A stretch of 64,000 bases of DNA, from assembly GCF_032191835.1 (NCBI RefSeq), contig NC_083239.1:1612001-1676000 (forward strand), given 5' to 3'. The translations under genes were made by a program, and so were the position numbers. How positions within the stretch are numbered: position 1 is the stretch's first letter; the number at the start of each line of letters is the position of its first letter. The notes under the pieces were generated by a model, which was given only the letters and a program-made list of their open reading frames with translations, was not told the origin of the DNA and ran no database searches. This DNA is from Heteronotia binoei. Lineage: Eukaryota. Positions 1 to 10,039 of this stretch are shown one piece after another.

Positions 1-860
1 ACCAGTTGTAAAACTCCGCGAGAACTTTCCGGTTGAAATAATTGTACTGGTGTCCCCGTTAATGAGAAATATGATGATTTAGGAGGAGCCATGAAGCATT
101 AGCAGTGTGGCAGGCACCCTTTGTTCCCTACCACCACCCGCACACTACTAGGGACTTTATTTTAAAAATGTAAAAACCATTTTTATCTGATTTCTGTTTG
201 TTGTACCCAATATCCTTTGGATATCAGTTGGATTGTTTGAGGGAAGGGAGGGAGGGAACTGCAGACTTCAGTAAAGGAGAGTGATTTGCCCCTGCAAGAA
301 GCCAGAAGGCGCTGAAAGTGAGGAGTTCCTTTGTGGTTATTCATGACTGGTGCCTATTTCCTGTTCTGCACACTAGATATTCAGTCCACAGAGTACTTGA
401 CATCACTTAGTTGGGGAACGTGGGTTTAGATTAGTCACTCACTCAAATATGTCCCCCTTTCCTAGGGTGTGACTAGGGGCAATTATTCTGAAATTTTAGT
501 TGGTCTTCGTTCTGTCTGAGGCTTTTCTCCGGTGACTGACGCTCTGTGAGGACTACCTTGCAAGATTACGTTTGGAACTTTAGAGACTTATGTTCAAGGA
601 CTTGAGTAGTAACATTTGTTATCAGTGAATCTTTGTCTGGTTGATATGTATTGTATCTTTAATGGTCGCTGATAAATTGTTCTGATACCTCTAATACAAA
701 TGATTTGTTACTGTGTTACACAGTGATTCTTACTTGTGCTGTTTTTTTACTGCGTATCCTCTAGTTTATATCTAATATTGTAGTAGCCCAAAATGTAACA
801 GAAAAAGAAACAACTCACCTCACTGTATCTATAGGTATCAATAAGAAAAATATTTTTATA

Positions 861-1135
861 GAAGAAGAAGATATTGGATTTATATCCCGCCCTCCACTCC
901 GAAGAGTCTCAGAGCGGCTCACAATCTCCTTTCCCTTCCTCCCCCACAAGAGACACCCTGTGAGGTGGGTGGGGCTGGAGAGGGCTCTCACAGCAGCTGC
1001 CCTTTCAAGGACAACCTCTGCCAGAGCTATGGCTGACCCAAGGCCATGCTAGCAGGTGCAAGTGGAGGAGTGGGGAATCAAACCCGGCTCTCCCAGGTAA
1101 GAGTCCGCACACTTAACCACTACACCAAACTGGCT
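861..1135 (-). mobile_element. tRNA-derived CORE/MIR-like SINE with L2-type tail (Squam3-like)
   Basis: Reverse complement begins AGCCAGTTTGGTGTAGTGGTTAAG (box A), has a box B-like GGTTTGATTCC and ends GGAGGGCGGGATATAAAT...(CTT)n; near-identical copy at 17556-17839. Confidence 0.85.
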
Positions 1136-1207
1136 CTCAGGGGAACCTTGATTAATAATATTAAGAAAACTCTGGGAACTCATTAATATGAAACATATAT
1201 ATATGAA

Positions 1208-1424
1208 GCATATGAACATATGAAGCTGCCTTATACTGAATCAGACCTTTGGTCCATCAAAGTCAGTATTGTCTTCTCAGACTGGCAGCGGCTCTCCAGG
1301 GTCTCAAGCTGAGGTTTTTCACACCTATTTGCCTAGGCCCTTTTTAGTTGGAGATGCCGGGGATTGAACCTGGGACCTTCTGTTTCCCAAGCAGATGCTC
1401 TACCACTGAGCCACCGTCCTCCCC
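1208..1424 (-). mobile_element. tRNA-derived SINE with CR1-type tail (Squam2/Anolis SINE2-like)
   Basis: Reverse complement of the GGGGAGGGACGGTGGCTCAGTGGTAGAG...GGTTCAATCCC...GGCAGCTTCATATGTTCATATG family seen more than 20 times in the window. Confidence 0.85.
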
Positions 1425-1677
1425 AAATAATAATAATAATAATAGCAGCAACCTACCGTAACCCAATGGATAATCAGTCACTATATATACTGTAAAAAAA
1501 ATATTTATACTGTAAAGAAATATATTTAATTACTATTAAACTCCGTTTTTTGTGTGTCTCAATAAATATCAAATCACAATCCCACCTTGTTAAGACAACA
1601 ATGTGTAACATAAGCACATAAGAAGCACATAAGCTCCAAATTCGTACTGTCTCCACTTCAGTCACACAAGCGATAAA

Positions 1678-1951
1678 TGATGATATTGGGTTTAGACCCC
1701 ACCCTATACTCTGAATCTCAGAGTGGCTTACAATCTCCTTTACCCCCCGCCCCACACACACACACAACAGACACCTTGTGAGGTAGGTAGGGCTGAGAGA
1801 GCTCTCACAGAAGCTGCCCTTCCAAGAACAGATCTGTGATAGCTATGGCTGACCCAAAGCCATTCCAGCAGCTGCAAGTGGAGGAGTGGGGAATCAAACC
1901 CGGTTGTCCCAGATAAGAGTCCATACACTTAACCACTACACCAAACTGGCT
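1678..1951 (-). mobile_element. Squam3-like SINE (more diverged copy)
   Basis: Same family as 861-1135 with many substitutions. Confidence 0.8.
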
Positions 1952-2000
1952 CTCAGGGGAACCTTGATTAATAATAATAAGAAAACTCTGAGAACCCATC

Positions 2001-2055
<55 letters not shown>

Positions 2056-2345
2056 GCAACCTACCGTAACCCAATGGATAATCAGTCACTATATAGTCCA
2101 TTCTTCCCCCAAACCCATAACAATAAATTCCAACCTCCCAGCAGGAGGGGGGCAAAAAAAAAGCCAAACAAAAAAGTCTTAGTAGCAGCGTTTCATGATG
2201 TAAATGCATGGGTAAAAATGATAGAAACCATGGTGAAAATGGTATGTTTTGAACTCTATGTAATTTCTTCATACTGAAGAAACTCCATACAATTGGAGCA
2301 GGAAAAATATTCAAGAATCAGCACAGGCAGTATAGCGGCAAGTTG

Positions 2346-2572
2346 GGGAGGGACGGTGGCTCAGTGGTAGAGCCTCTGCTTGGTAAGCAGAAGGTCCCAG
2401 GTTCAATCCCCGGCATCTCCAACTAAAAAGGGTCCAGGCATATAGGTGTGAAAATCCTCCGCTTGAGACCCTGGAGAGCCGCTGCCAGTCTGAGTAGACA
2501 ATACTGACTTTGATGGACCGAGGGTCTGATTCAGTATAAGGCAGCTTCATATGTACACTGTTCAATATGGTT
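2346..2572 (+). mobile_element. Squam2-like SINE
   Basis: Full monomer with A/B boxes and CATATG tail. Confidence 0.85.
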
Positions 2573-3610
2573 ACAAAGCAGACCCTCGATAAAAGACTTT
2601 TGCTGGAAATGGACTATATAGTGACTGAATATCCATTGGGTAGTACACTATTATCATTATACACGATGGGTCATGATTTATTGCTTGTGCGACGGCAGTG
2701 GAGACAGTGCAAATATGGAGTTTTAATGCTTATGTGCTTGCGTGTTACACATTGTTGTCTTAAGGAGATGGGATTGTGATTTGACATTTATTGAGGCACA
2801 CAAAAATTAGTTTAATATTTATTTACAGTATTATAAAATATTTTTTTCCTATTGAAACATATAGATACAGTGAGGTGAGGTTATTTCTGTTTGATTTTTT
2901 CCTCCACAGTCCCATTTTTGGGTAGCCCAAAATGTCCCTTGAATTGCTGCTTATGGGGATAACAGCAACAGCAAGGGGTGCATCTGGGGCTGCAGCACAG
3001 GAGGAAAAGGTGAGACATTCGCAGTCCCTGAAATTCACTGCCTTAGACAAAAAATGCTCCACTGGGCCCAAGCCTAGGCTAGAAAGAAATACGTGTAGCC
3101 TGGAAGTGCAGGATTTCAATAACACTGTGCATTTTGATGCCCAGCAAAAGAAATGCCTGTAGATTTGTTTAATCACAAATGGGATGGGGTCATGGCTCTA
3201 TGGCAGAGCGTCTGCTTAGCATGCAGAAGTTCCCAGCATCTGCAGAAAAAAAAGATCTGGTAGTAGGTGATATAAAAGACCGCTTCCTGATATCTTGAAG
3301 AGCAGCTGCCAGTCAGAGTTGGCAGTCAATAGACCTCAATGGACCAACAGTCTAATTTGGTATATGTTTGAATAGCAGATGTAATACTTTCTGTACTGAG
3401 ATCCACAGAAGTCCTTGCCAAGTTACTGGGAAAGAGAACCAGCAATTTCTATTAGTTTGATCCTGGCCTTCTTCCAAGGGGGTCAGTGCAGCATACGTGG
3501 AATCAGCCCATTTGAGAGCGCCCTGCCTAAAACCAACCAGTGAGCAAGAATTTCGATCCAGAGCATATTCAACAACTCCACACTGGCTCTTGTGAAACTA
3601 ATGAGGTATT

Positions 3611-4080
3611 ATCAAAGATTTCAGGTTTTCACGGCTGGCAACATCATTAGGGTTTGCAGAATCTTTCGGGCTCAAGTGCCGTGTTCTACTGGAGAAAGTT
3701 TTTCTTCCAGACGTTTCGTTCTCAGCTGCGGAGAACATCCTCAGTGGCGCTGCAGCCGGAGCAGGCGCTCTGACCTTCTTTGCTGCTGTGCATTGAGTGA
3801 GGCCAGGGCTGCTGGACAGCTGCTATTTCTAGGCTGGAGGCGGTGTGTTGAGAGGGCAATTGGTTTGTGGAAGTGCCCATTGTTTGGTGGGGCTTCCTGG
3901 AAGGGAAGTGATAAGGAAACTGGCTGTTGAATGTGACCATTGTTCTGTGTTAATTGCTCGGAGGGTTGGAAGGGGTGTGAGAACTGAGAGAACGAAACGT
4001 CTGAAGAATGCAACGTCTGGAAGAAAAATTTTCTCCAGTAGAACACGGCACTTGAGCCCGAAAGATTCTACAAACCCTAA
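3611..4080. mobile_element. Short Penelope-like insertion with inverted pLTRs and hammerhead motif
   Basis: Inverted arms (TTAGGGTTTG...CCAGACGTTTCGTTCTC / GAGAACGAAACGTCTG...CAAACCCTAA), a ~35-nt one-sided tail, and a 12-bp TSD TAATGAGG(T/C)ATT at 3599-3610 and 4081-4092. Confidence 0.8.
3707..3747 (-). ncRNA. Minimal type I hammerhead ribozyme motif (sense to DHTKD1 intron 2)
   Basis: CCA-CTGAGGA-T-GTTCTC-cgcagct-GAGAAC-GAAA-CG-T-C-TGG: complete core, 6-bp stem II, 3-bp stem I, palindromic ACGT at stem III. Confidence 0.75.
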
Positions 4081-4201
4081 TAATGAGGCATTCCTTAGAA
4101 AGTCATTGCAGGAAGCACTGAGGCTTCTTCAGAGAACCACTAAGCTGTCCACTCATAGCCAGGTACTTTGAAAACATGCTGCTCAGCTTCACTCACCCTA
4201 C

Positions 4202-4357
4202 CTGTGGTATCAAAGGGTCCTGGTAGTGCCTCTGTCAGAGCTTGAATTTCAGGTACCACATCCAAAACAGCTCGGCCAGCACACAAAGGGTTGATTTTGG
4301 CTGCTTTGTGGCCATGCTGACGGTAGGCTGACAACAAGCTAGCCAGGCCATGGTCCA
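4202..4357 (-). CDS. DHTKD1: DHTKD1 coding exon 2 (2-oxoadipate dehydrogenase E1)
   Basis: Translates (V)[52 protein letters not shown], matching the recalled human [29 protein letters not shown]...GPFHTAG. AG acceptor at 4359-4358, GT donor at 4201-4200, 156 nt, phase 1/1. Confidence 0.95.
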
Positions 4358-4540
4358 CTAAAGGAAAGGGGGAAACGGGGATTTTAAAACCAGTGTGCAA
4401 AACAAGGAATTGATTAACGAAGAGCCCATGTCTTCCCTGTGCCCCAGTGTTCTCGTTGTACTGATTTGACATGGTTAAAAACACTCCCCCATTTCCCCTT
4501 CTATGACCCAGCTTGGGATCAAAACTCTCCATTCACCCAA

Positions 4541-5231
4541 GGGGAGGGACGGTGGCTCAGTGGTAGAGCATCTGCTTGGGAAGCAGAAGGTCCCAGCTTC
4601 AATCTCTGGCATCTCCAAAAAAGGGTCCAGGCAAATAGGTGTGAAAAGCCGCAGCTTGAGACCCTGGAGAGCCGCTGCCAGTCTGAGAAGACAAGACTGA
4701 CTTTGATGGACCGAGGGTCTGATTCAGTATAAGGCAGCTTCATATGTTCATATGTTTGGGGAGGGACGGTGGCTCAGTGGTAGAGCCTCTGCTTGGGAAG
4801 CAGAAGGTCCCAGGTTCAATCCCCGGCATCTCCAAAAAAGGGTCCAGGCAAATAGGTGTGAAAAACCTCAGCTTGAGACCCTGGAGAGCAGGGGAGGGAT
4901 GGTGCCTCAGTGGTAGAGCATCTGCTTGGGAAGCAGAAGGTCCCAGGTTCAATCTCTGGCATCTCCAAAAAGGGTCCAGGCAAACAGGTGTGAAAAACCT
5001 CAGCTTGAGACCCTGGAGAGCAGGGGAGGGACGGTGGCTCAGTGGTAGAGCATCTGCTTGGGAAGCAGAAGGTCCCAGGTTCAATCCCTGGCATCTCCAC
5101 AAAAGGGTCCAGGCAAACAGGTGTGAAAAACCTCAGCTTGAGACCCTGGAGAGCCGCTGCCAGTCTGAGAAGACAATACTGACTTTGATGGACCAAAGGT
5201 CTGATTCAGTATAAGGCAGCTTCATATGTTC
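4541..5231 (+). mobile_element. Tandem array of four Squam2-like SINE units (DHTKD1 intron 1)
   Basis: One full monomer followed by a trimer whose first two units stop at GAGACCCTGGAGAG and join to CAGGGGAGGGA. Confidence 0.88.
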
Positions 5232-5289
5232 AAGGTGGAGCTCCAGCAACACCCACTGGGCTTGTTCCTTTCAAAAAGGGGGGGGGGGA

Positions 5290-6130
5290 GATGAGCAGCC
5301 CCCAGAGGTGCTGCATGCAACTGCCAGGGAGGTCCCATTGCAGGCAGAAGTCGCCCAGGACGCCCAAAGGTGGGGGAAGAAGCCAGAGGGCAGCCGGCGC
5401 TGTGCCAGTGGCCAGGTTCAGTTGCCCGACGGGCAGCGCACGTGCGCCCTGCACGCTGAGTAGGCCGGCTCCCTTTCCTCTCCTAGCGCCCCCTCTCCGC
5501 TCTTCCCCGGGGAGCCCCGCAGGAACCATCCCCGAGCGCGCCTCCACCGCCCGCCCGCCCGCCCACCTGCTCTGGGGCCGGACTCCCGCAGCGCCGCTTC
5601 CCCGCTCTCGGCCCGGCGGCTCGGCCTGTAGCCATAGACGGCCTGCTCCGTGCGATAGCCCCGCTGCTGCAAGGCCCAAGCGCCCGGCGCCAGCAGGCGT
5701 GCAAGAGCCCGGGAAGCCATCGCTCGCAAGCGCCGCTGGCCACGGGGCCGGGGAAGCCGTCGGGGGGGCGGGTTGCAGCGACCTCCTCCTCCGGCCCGGG
5801 TTGGCTGAAGCGGGGGAGGCGTTGGAGCGGGGCCCGCCTACCCTGGCAAGAGGGCTTCTTTCGCCTTCCCGCAGAAGGGAAGGGAAGGGAAGGTGCCTTG
5901 TGCAAGCTGGCCTTGGTCTCGCCGCGCTTGCAGGCAGACTTTTGACGGGCGCGTTGCCATTGCCTCCCCCAGAACTGCAGAACTGGTCTGCAGCCTGCAG
6001 GGGCTCAAGAGAAGAGTCCAAGAGCGCCCTCGAGACCAACGAAGTTTGATTCGGGCTGGGAGCTTTCACGTGCACGCGCACTTTCCCAAACGGGACTTGC
6101 CTGTCCGCATATATGTAACGCGGAGGTTGA
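5290..6130. promoter_or_regulatory. CpG island / DHTKD1 promoter
   Basis: Very GC- and CpG-rich stretch spanning the DHTKD1 start codon. The long ORFs listed here are GC artefacts. Confidence 0.85.
5567..5720 (-). CDS. DHTKD1: DHTKD1 coding exon 1 (mitochondrial presequence)
   Basis: ATG at 5720: MASRALARLLAPGAWALQQRGYRTEQAVYGYRP..., like human ...WRGYQTERGVYGYRP. Donor G|GTGGG at 5566; 154 nt, phase 1, compatible with exon 2. Confidence 0.93.
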
Positions 6131-6856
6131 GCAGCGAATGGGCATACGAGCATACAATGAATGTGCTTAAATGTTTTAATAGATGCTAAAGGAAACAAGA
6201 AGATCAGTTCATTAGCCCTGCCCCTAAACTGACATTCTGCACTAAAATCATAGAATCACAAAGTCACTGAGTTGGTTATTCCGATTCTCTGATTCTAGTG
6301 CAGAATGTCAGCTTGGGGACGCGGCTAAACCAGGATTAAAGGTCTAGTGCGAAATGGGTCACTGTCATTATAGTTTAGATTCAGTTCTGGGAGAAAACAG
6401 GCAAACAGATGTATCAGTGTTAAGAGTGATTATATGACCCGGTTGTCACTTCCCTCTCAAATGTGGAGGCTGAGCCGGTGGGTCCATTAGGCAACATTCA
6501 GCAGCTGCCTAGTGCGCCGGCTCTTCGGGGGCGCGTTGTTTCTGCTTCCTGAGGGGTTGGAGAAATCTTCCAGCCCCTCAGCAAGCAGAAACAACGTGGC
6601 GCTTAACTTTCAGTCCCGGGTGCTCTCGAGCGCTCAGGACTGAACGTGCCGCCTCGTTTCTCCTTGCTGGGGGTTGGAGAAATCTTCCAGCCCCTCAGCA
6701 AGCAGAAACATGCGCCGGGCGCTCAAGAGCGCGGTGTTTTAAATGCTGCAAGAGCCTAAGCAGAGGCACACTTACAAATATTAATGGGGCTTATTCAGTT
6801 TTTTTTTAAAAATGAAATTGCACATTAATATTTGAGTGTAGATACATTACTACTGG

Positions 6857-7041
6857 CAGGGCTTTTTTTGTAGCAGGAACTCCTTTGCATATTAGGCCAC
6901 ACACCCGTGATGTAGCCAGTCCTCCTAGAGCATTACATTGCTCTTACTACAGGGCCTATTTGCAAGCCCCAGGAGGATTGGATACATCAGGGTGTATGGC
7001 CTGATATGCAAAGGAGTTCCCGCTACAAAAAAAACCCCCTG
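6857..7041. mobile_element. Palindromic hAT-type MITE
   Basis: TIRs CAGGGCTTTTTTTGTAGCAGGAACTCCTTTGCATAT / ...CGCTACAAAAAAAACCCCCTG; exact 8-bp TSD ACTACTGG; sister copy at 45117-45288. Confidence 0.88.
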
Positions 7042-7049
7042 ACTACTGG

Positions 7050-7275
7050 GAATACCATCGCATTGACTATACAGACTTGTTGGCAAGGGGATGTCTCTGC
7101 TTTTTATTATACCGCCTAGGTTTGCCATAGCTGTCCTCTCAAGGGCAAACGTCTTTTAACTTCATGGCTACAGTCACTATCTGCAGTGATCTTGGATCCC
7201 AGAAATGTGAAGTCTGTCACTACTTCCATGTCTTCCCCTTCTATTTGCCAAGGAGTGATGGGGCTGGATGAATGC
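7050..7275 (-). mobile_element. BovB (RTE LINE) RT fragment
   Basis: Minus-strand MANLGGIIKSRDIPLPT matches the BovB MTNLDSILKSRDITLPT region; nucleotide motifs CATGGCTACAGTCACTATCTGCAGTGAT are typical of BovB. Confidence 0.8.
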
Positions 7276-7394
7276 ACATCACTATCCTAATTAAAGCATG
7301 TTGCCAGCTTCACATGACTTGTCAGCAAAGGGGTCTGCAAATTCAGAAACAGGCGATTTCTAACTTGGAATATTGTTGAAAGCTCTGTGCAGAG

Positions 7395-8073
7395 TAGGCT
7401 TGCCAATTCCCAGGTCCCAGCGGGGGTTCTTCCACTTTCCCAGGCTCTTTCCCGCCCCCAGTCAGCTGGCCGGCGGGGGGAAGCCCCGCCCCCAGAGGGC
7501 CATGTGCCTTTCCACCTCCGGAGGCTTTAGTCTCTGATTGAAAGGCTTCCTCTTGGAATGGTGTGTCTGTGTTACGTTGAAGAAGTTGGCAGCAACTCGT
7601 GAGTAGAGAGGCCAATCTCTCACTTCAGAGTCGCCAGAAACGTGGTGCGGGGGGAGGGAAACATCTGCTGAGCACTTCATTATTCCCTATGTGGAGATCG
7701 ATTCTCATAGGGTATAACAGGGAATTGATCTGGAGGTTTTGGGGGCTCTGGGGGAGCTGTTTTTTGACGTAGAGGCTCCAAATTTTCAGTATACTATCTA
7801 GTGCCTTTCTCCAAAGTACCCCCCCAAGTTTCAAAACGATTGGACCAGGGGGTCCAATTCTATGAGCCCCAAAAGAAGGTGCCCCTAACCTTCATTATTT
7901 CCTATGGAAGGAAGACATTTAAAAAGGTATGCTGTCTCTTTAAATGTGATGGCCAGAACTCCCTTGGAGTTCAATTATGCTTGTCACACCTTGTTCCTGG
8001 CTCCGCCCCCAATGTCTCCTGGCTCCACCCCCAAAGTCCCCAGATATTTCTTGAATTGGACGTGGCAACCCTA
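7395..8073. mobile_element. Non-autonomous hAT element (TAGGGTTGCCA-type termini)
   Basis: Termini TAGGCTTGCCA / TGGCAACCCTA, exact 8-bp TSD GTGCAGAG; same family at 48249-48761. Confidence 0.88.
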
Positions 8074-8214
8074 GTGCAGAGTAAAACTGGAGTCTGCTGC
8101 AGCAGGAGTGGTGGTGTGGGAAACGGTTATGCTTGTGGAAGTCTTGGGTTCTAGAGTCACTTGGATGGGTCAACCCACTGTGAACTGTTTGAAAGGGAAT
8201 GCATTTCCTCAGGG

Positions 8215-8390
8215 CTCCGGAGTTCCGGTGTTCTGCGGGGTCTGGGGAGGCCAACCGCACATGCGCGGGGGCCTCCGGAGTTGTGGGTGTCCGGTGGGCT
8301 GTGCGGAGGCCAGCTGCGCATGTGCGGGGGCCTCTGGAGTTCTAGGTGTCCAGTGGGGTTCAGAGAGGCCGGTCGTGCTTGCTGAGAGAC
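8215..8390. repeat. Degenerate GC-rich ~60-bp tandem repeat (about 3 units) abutting the gap
   Basis: Recurring GGGGCCTCCGGAGTT...GGAGGCC...GCATGTGC units. Confidence 0.6.
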
Positions 8391-8403
8391 TGCAGTTTTA
8401 CAG

Positions 8404-8574
8404 NNNNNNNNNNNNNNNNNNNNNNNNNNNNNNNNNNNNNNNNNNNNNNNNNNNNNNNNNNNNNNNNNNNNNNNNNNNNNNNNNNNNNNNNNNNNNNNNN
8501 NNNNNNNNNNNNNNNNNNNNNNNNNNNNNNNNNNNNNNNNNNNNNNNNNNNNNNNNNNNNNNNNNNNNNNNNNN
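8404..8574. other. Assembly gap (171 N)
   Basis: Run of N; ORFs spanning it are artefacts. Confidence 1.
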
Positions 8575-8994
8575 ATCAGACAGTATTTTTTTTCTTTCTC
8601 TCTGTCAGACTTTTTTTCTTTCCTTCCAACTGTCTCCCCTCTCTTCCTTTCATTCATTCATTCATTATTTTCTTTCTTCCTGTCAGTCTTTCTATTTCCT
8701 TTCCCCCTACTCTCTCTGTCAATCAGACAGTATTTTCTCTTTCTCTCTCTCATCAGTGGTTTTCTCTCTCTCTCTCTCTGTCAGTCAGTCTTTTTCCCTG
8801 TCTATTTGCTTTATTTCTCTTTCTTCCTTTTTTCAAGCATTACACCACGCTGGCTCTTGTGATCGAGTAGTGTGTTGGAATTTGATTTTTTTTGCTGGGA
8901 TGGCTATATATTTTTGGACTTTTTTCAATGCTAGAATATTTTTTTTGAGGTGTGGTGACCACCTCAAAAAAGATATAAAAGCACCTTTGGGGAT

Positions 8995-9786
8995 GTCAGA
9001 GGTGTGGCCTGGTATGCAAATGATGGTGCTGTCAGAGGTGTGGCCTAATGTGCAAATGATGGTGCTGTCAGAGGTGTGGCCTAATATGCAAACAATGGTA
9101 CTGTCATAGGTGTGGCCTAATATGCAAATGATGGTACCGTCAGAGGTGTGGTCTAATATGCAAATGATGGTAGTCAGTGTGGCCTAATATGCAAATGATG
9201 GTGCTGTCAGAGGTGTGGCCTAATGTGCAAATGATGGTACTGTCAGAGGTGTGGCCTAATGTGCAAATGATGGCGCTGTCAGAGGTGTGGCCTAATATGC
9301 AAATGATGGTACTGTCAGAGGTGTGGCCTGATGTGCAAATGATGGCGCTGTCAGAGGTGTGGCCTAATGTGCAAATGATGGTGCTGTCAGAGGTGTGGCC
9401 TAATATGCAAATGATGGTACTGTCAGAGGTGTGGCCTAATATGCAAATGATGGTAGTCAGAGGTGTGGCCTAATGTGCAAATGATGGTGCTGTCAGAGGT
9501 GTGGCCTAATATGCAAATGATGGTAGTCAGAGGTGTGGCCTCATATGCAAATGATGGTACTGTCAGAGGTGTGGCCTAATGTGCAAATGATGGTGCTGTC
9601 AGAGGTGTGGCCTAATAGGCAAATGATGGTGCTGTCAGAGGTGTGGCCTAATAGGCAAATGATGGTGCTGCCAGAGGTGTGGCCTAATAGGCAAATGATG
9701 GTACTGTCAGAGGTGTGGCCTAATATGCAAATGAAGGTGCTGTCAGAGGTGTGGCCTAATAGGCAAATGATGGTGCTGTCAGAGGT
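8995..9786 (+). repeat. 36-bp minisatellite (~22 units) containing the octamer ATGCAAAT
   Basis: Unit GTCAGAGGTGTGGCCTAATATGCAAATGATGGTGCT with 33-bp variants; followed by a MITE-like end (...GTTCCTGCTGGGCTTTTTCTATTAAAAAAGCCCT). Confidence 0.95.
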
Positions 9787-10039
9787 ACTAATATAATAAG
9801 AGGTGCTAACCTCACATACCAATAAGTTCCTGCTGGGCTTTTTCTATTAAAAAAGCCCTCCATTTCCTCCCACCCCGGAAGCGCTCATCCTAGTATTCTA
9901 AATTGCACATTAAAAAGCCCCCAAACCTCTGGTTACTTGGCATATATTTGGGACTGGGACTTTATGCGCGCTTCTCCCTGAAGTAAACCCCGCTAAGATT
10001 AACGGAAGTAGCGTGTATGGGGCATTACGGGTAGCCGTT

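Noticed and set aside
1-780. Possible DHTKD1 exon 3 or LTR
   Set aside because: No minus-strand match to the expected LLNMGKEEASL... exon and no paired LTR, PBS or PPT features; left unannotated.
2932-3162. 76-aa ORF with faint resemblance to a GIY-YIG C-terminus
   Set aside because: The similarity is too weak to call and there are no catalytic motifs.
5230-6198. Long overlapping ORFs (322, 252 and 140 aa) in the CpG island
   Set aside because: Stop-codon scarcity in GC-rich DNA; only the DHTKD1 exon 1 frame has homology and splice support. The same applies to 10047-10748.
8108-9109. 333-aa and overlapping ORFs
   Set aside because: They read through the N gap and low-complexity CT-rich sequence.
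8995-9786. CRISPR-like array, or protein repeat ORFs (SEVWPNMQMMVL)n
   Set aside because: Units are contiguous with no unique spacers, there are no cas genes and the context is eukaryotic. The ORFs arise because the unit length is a multiple of 3 with one stop-free frame.
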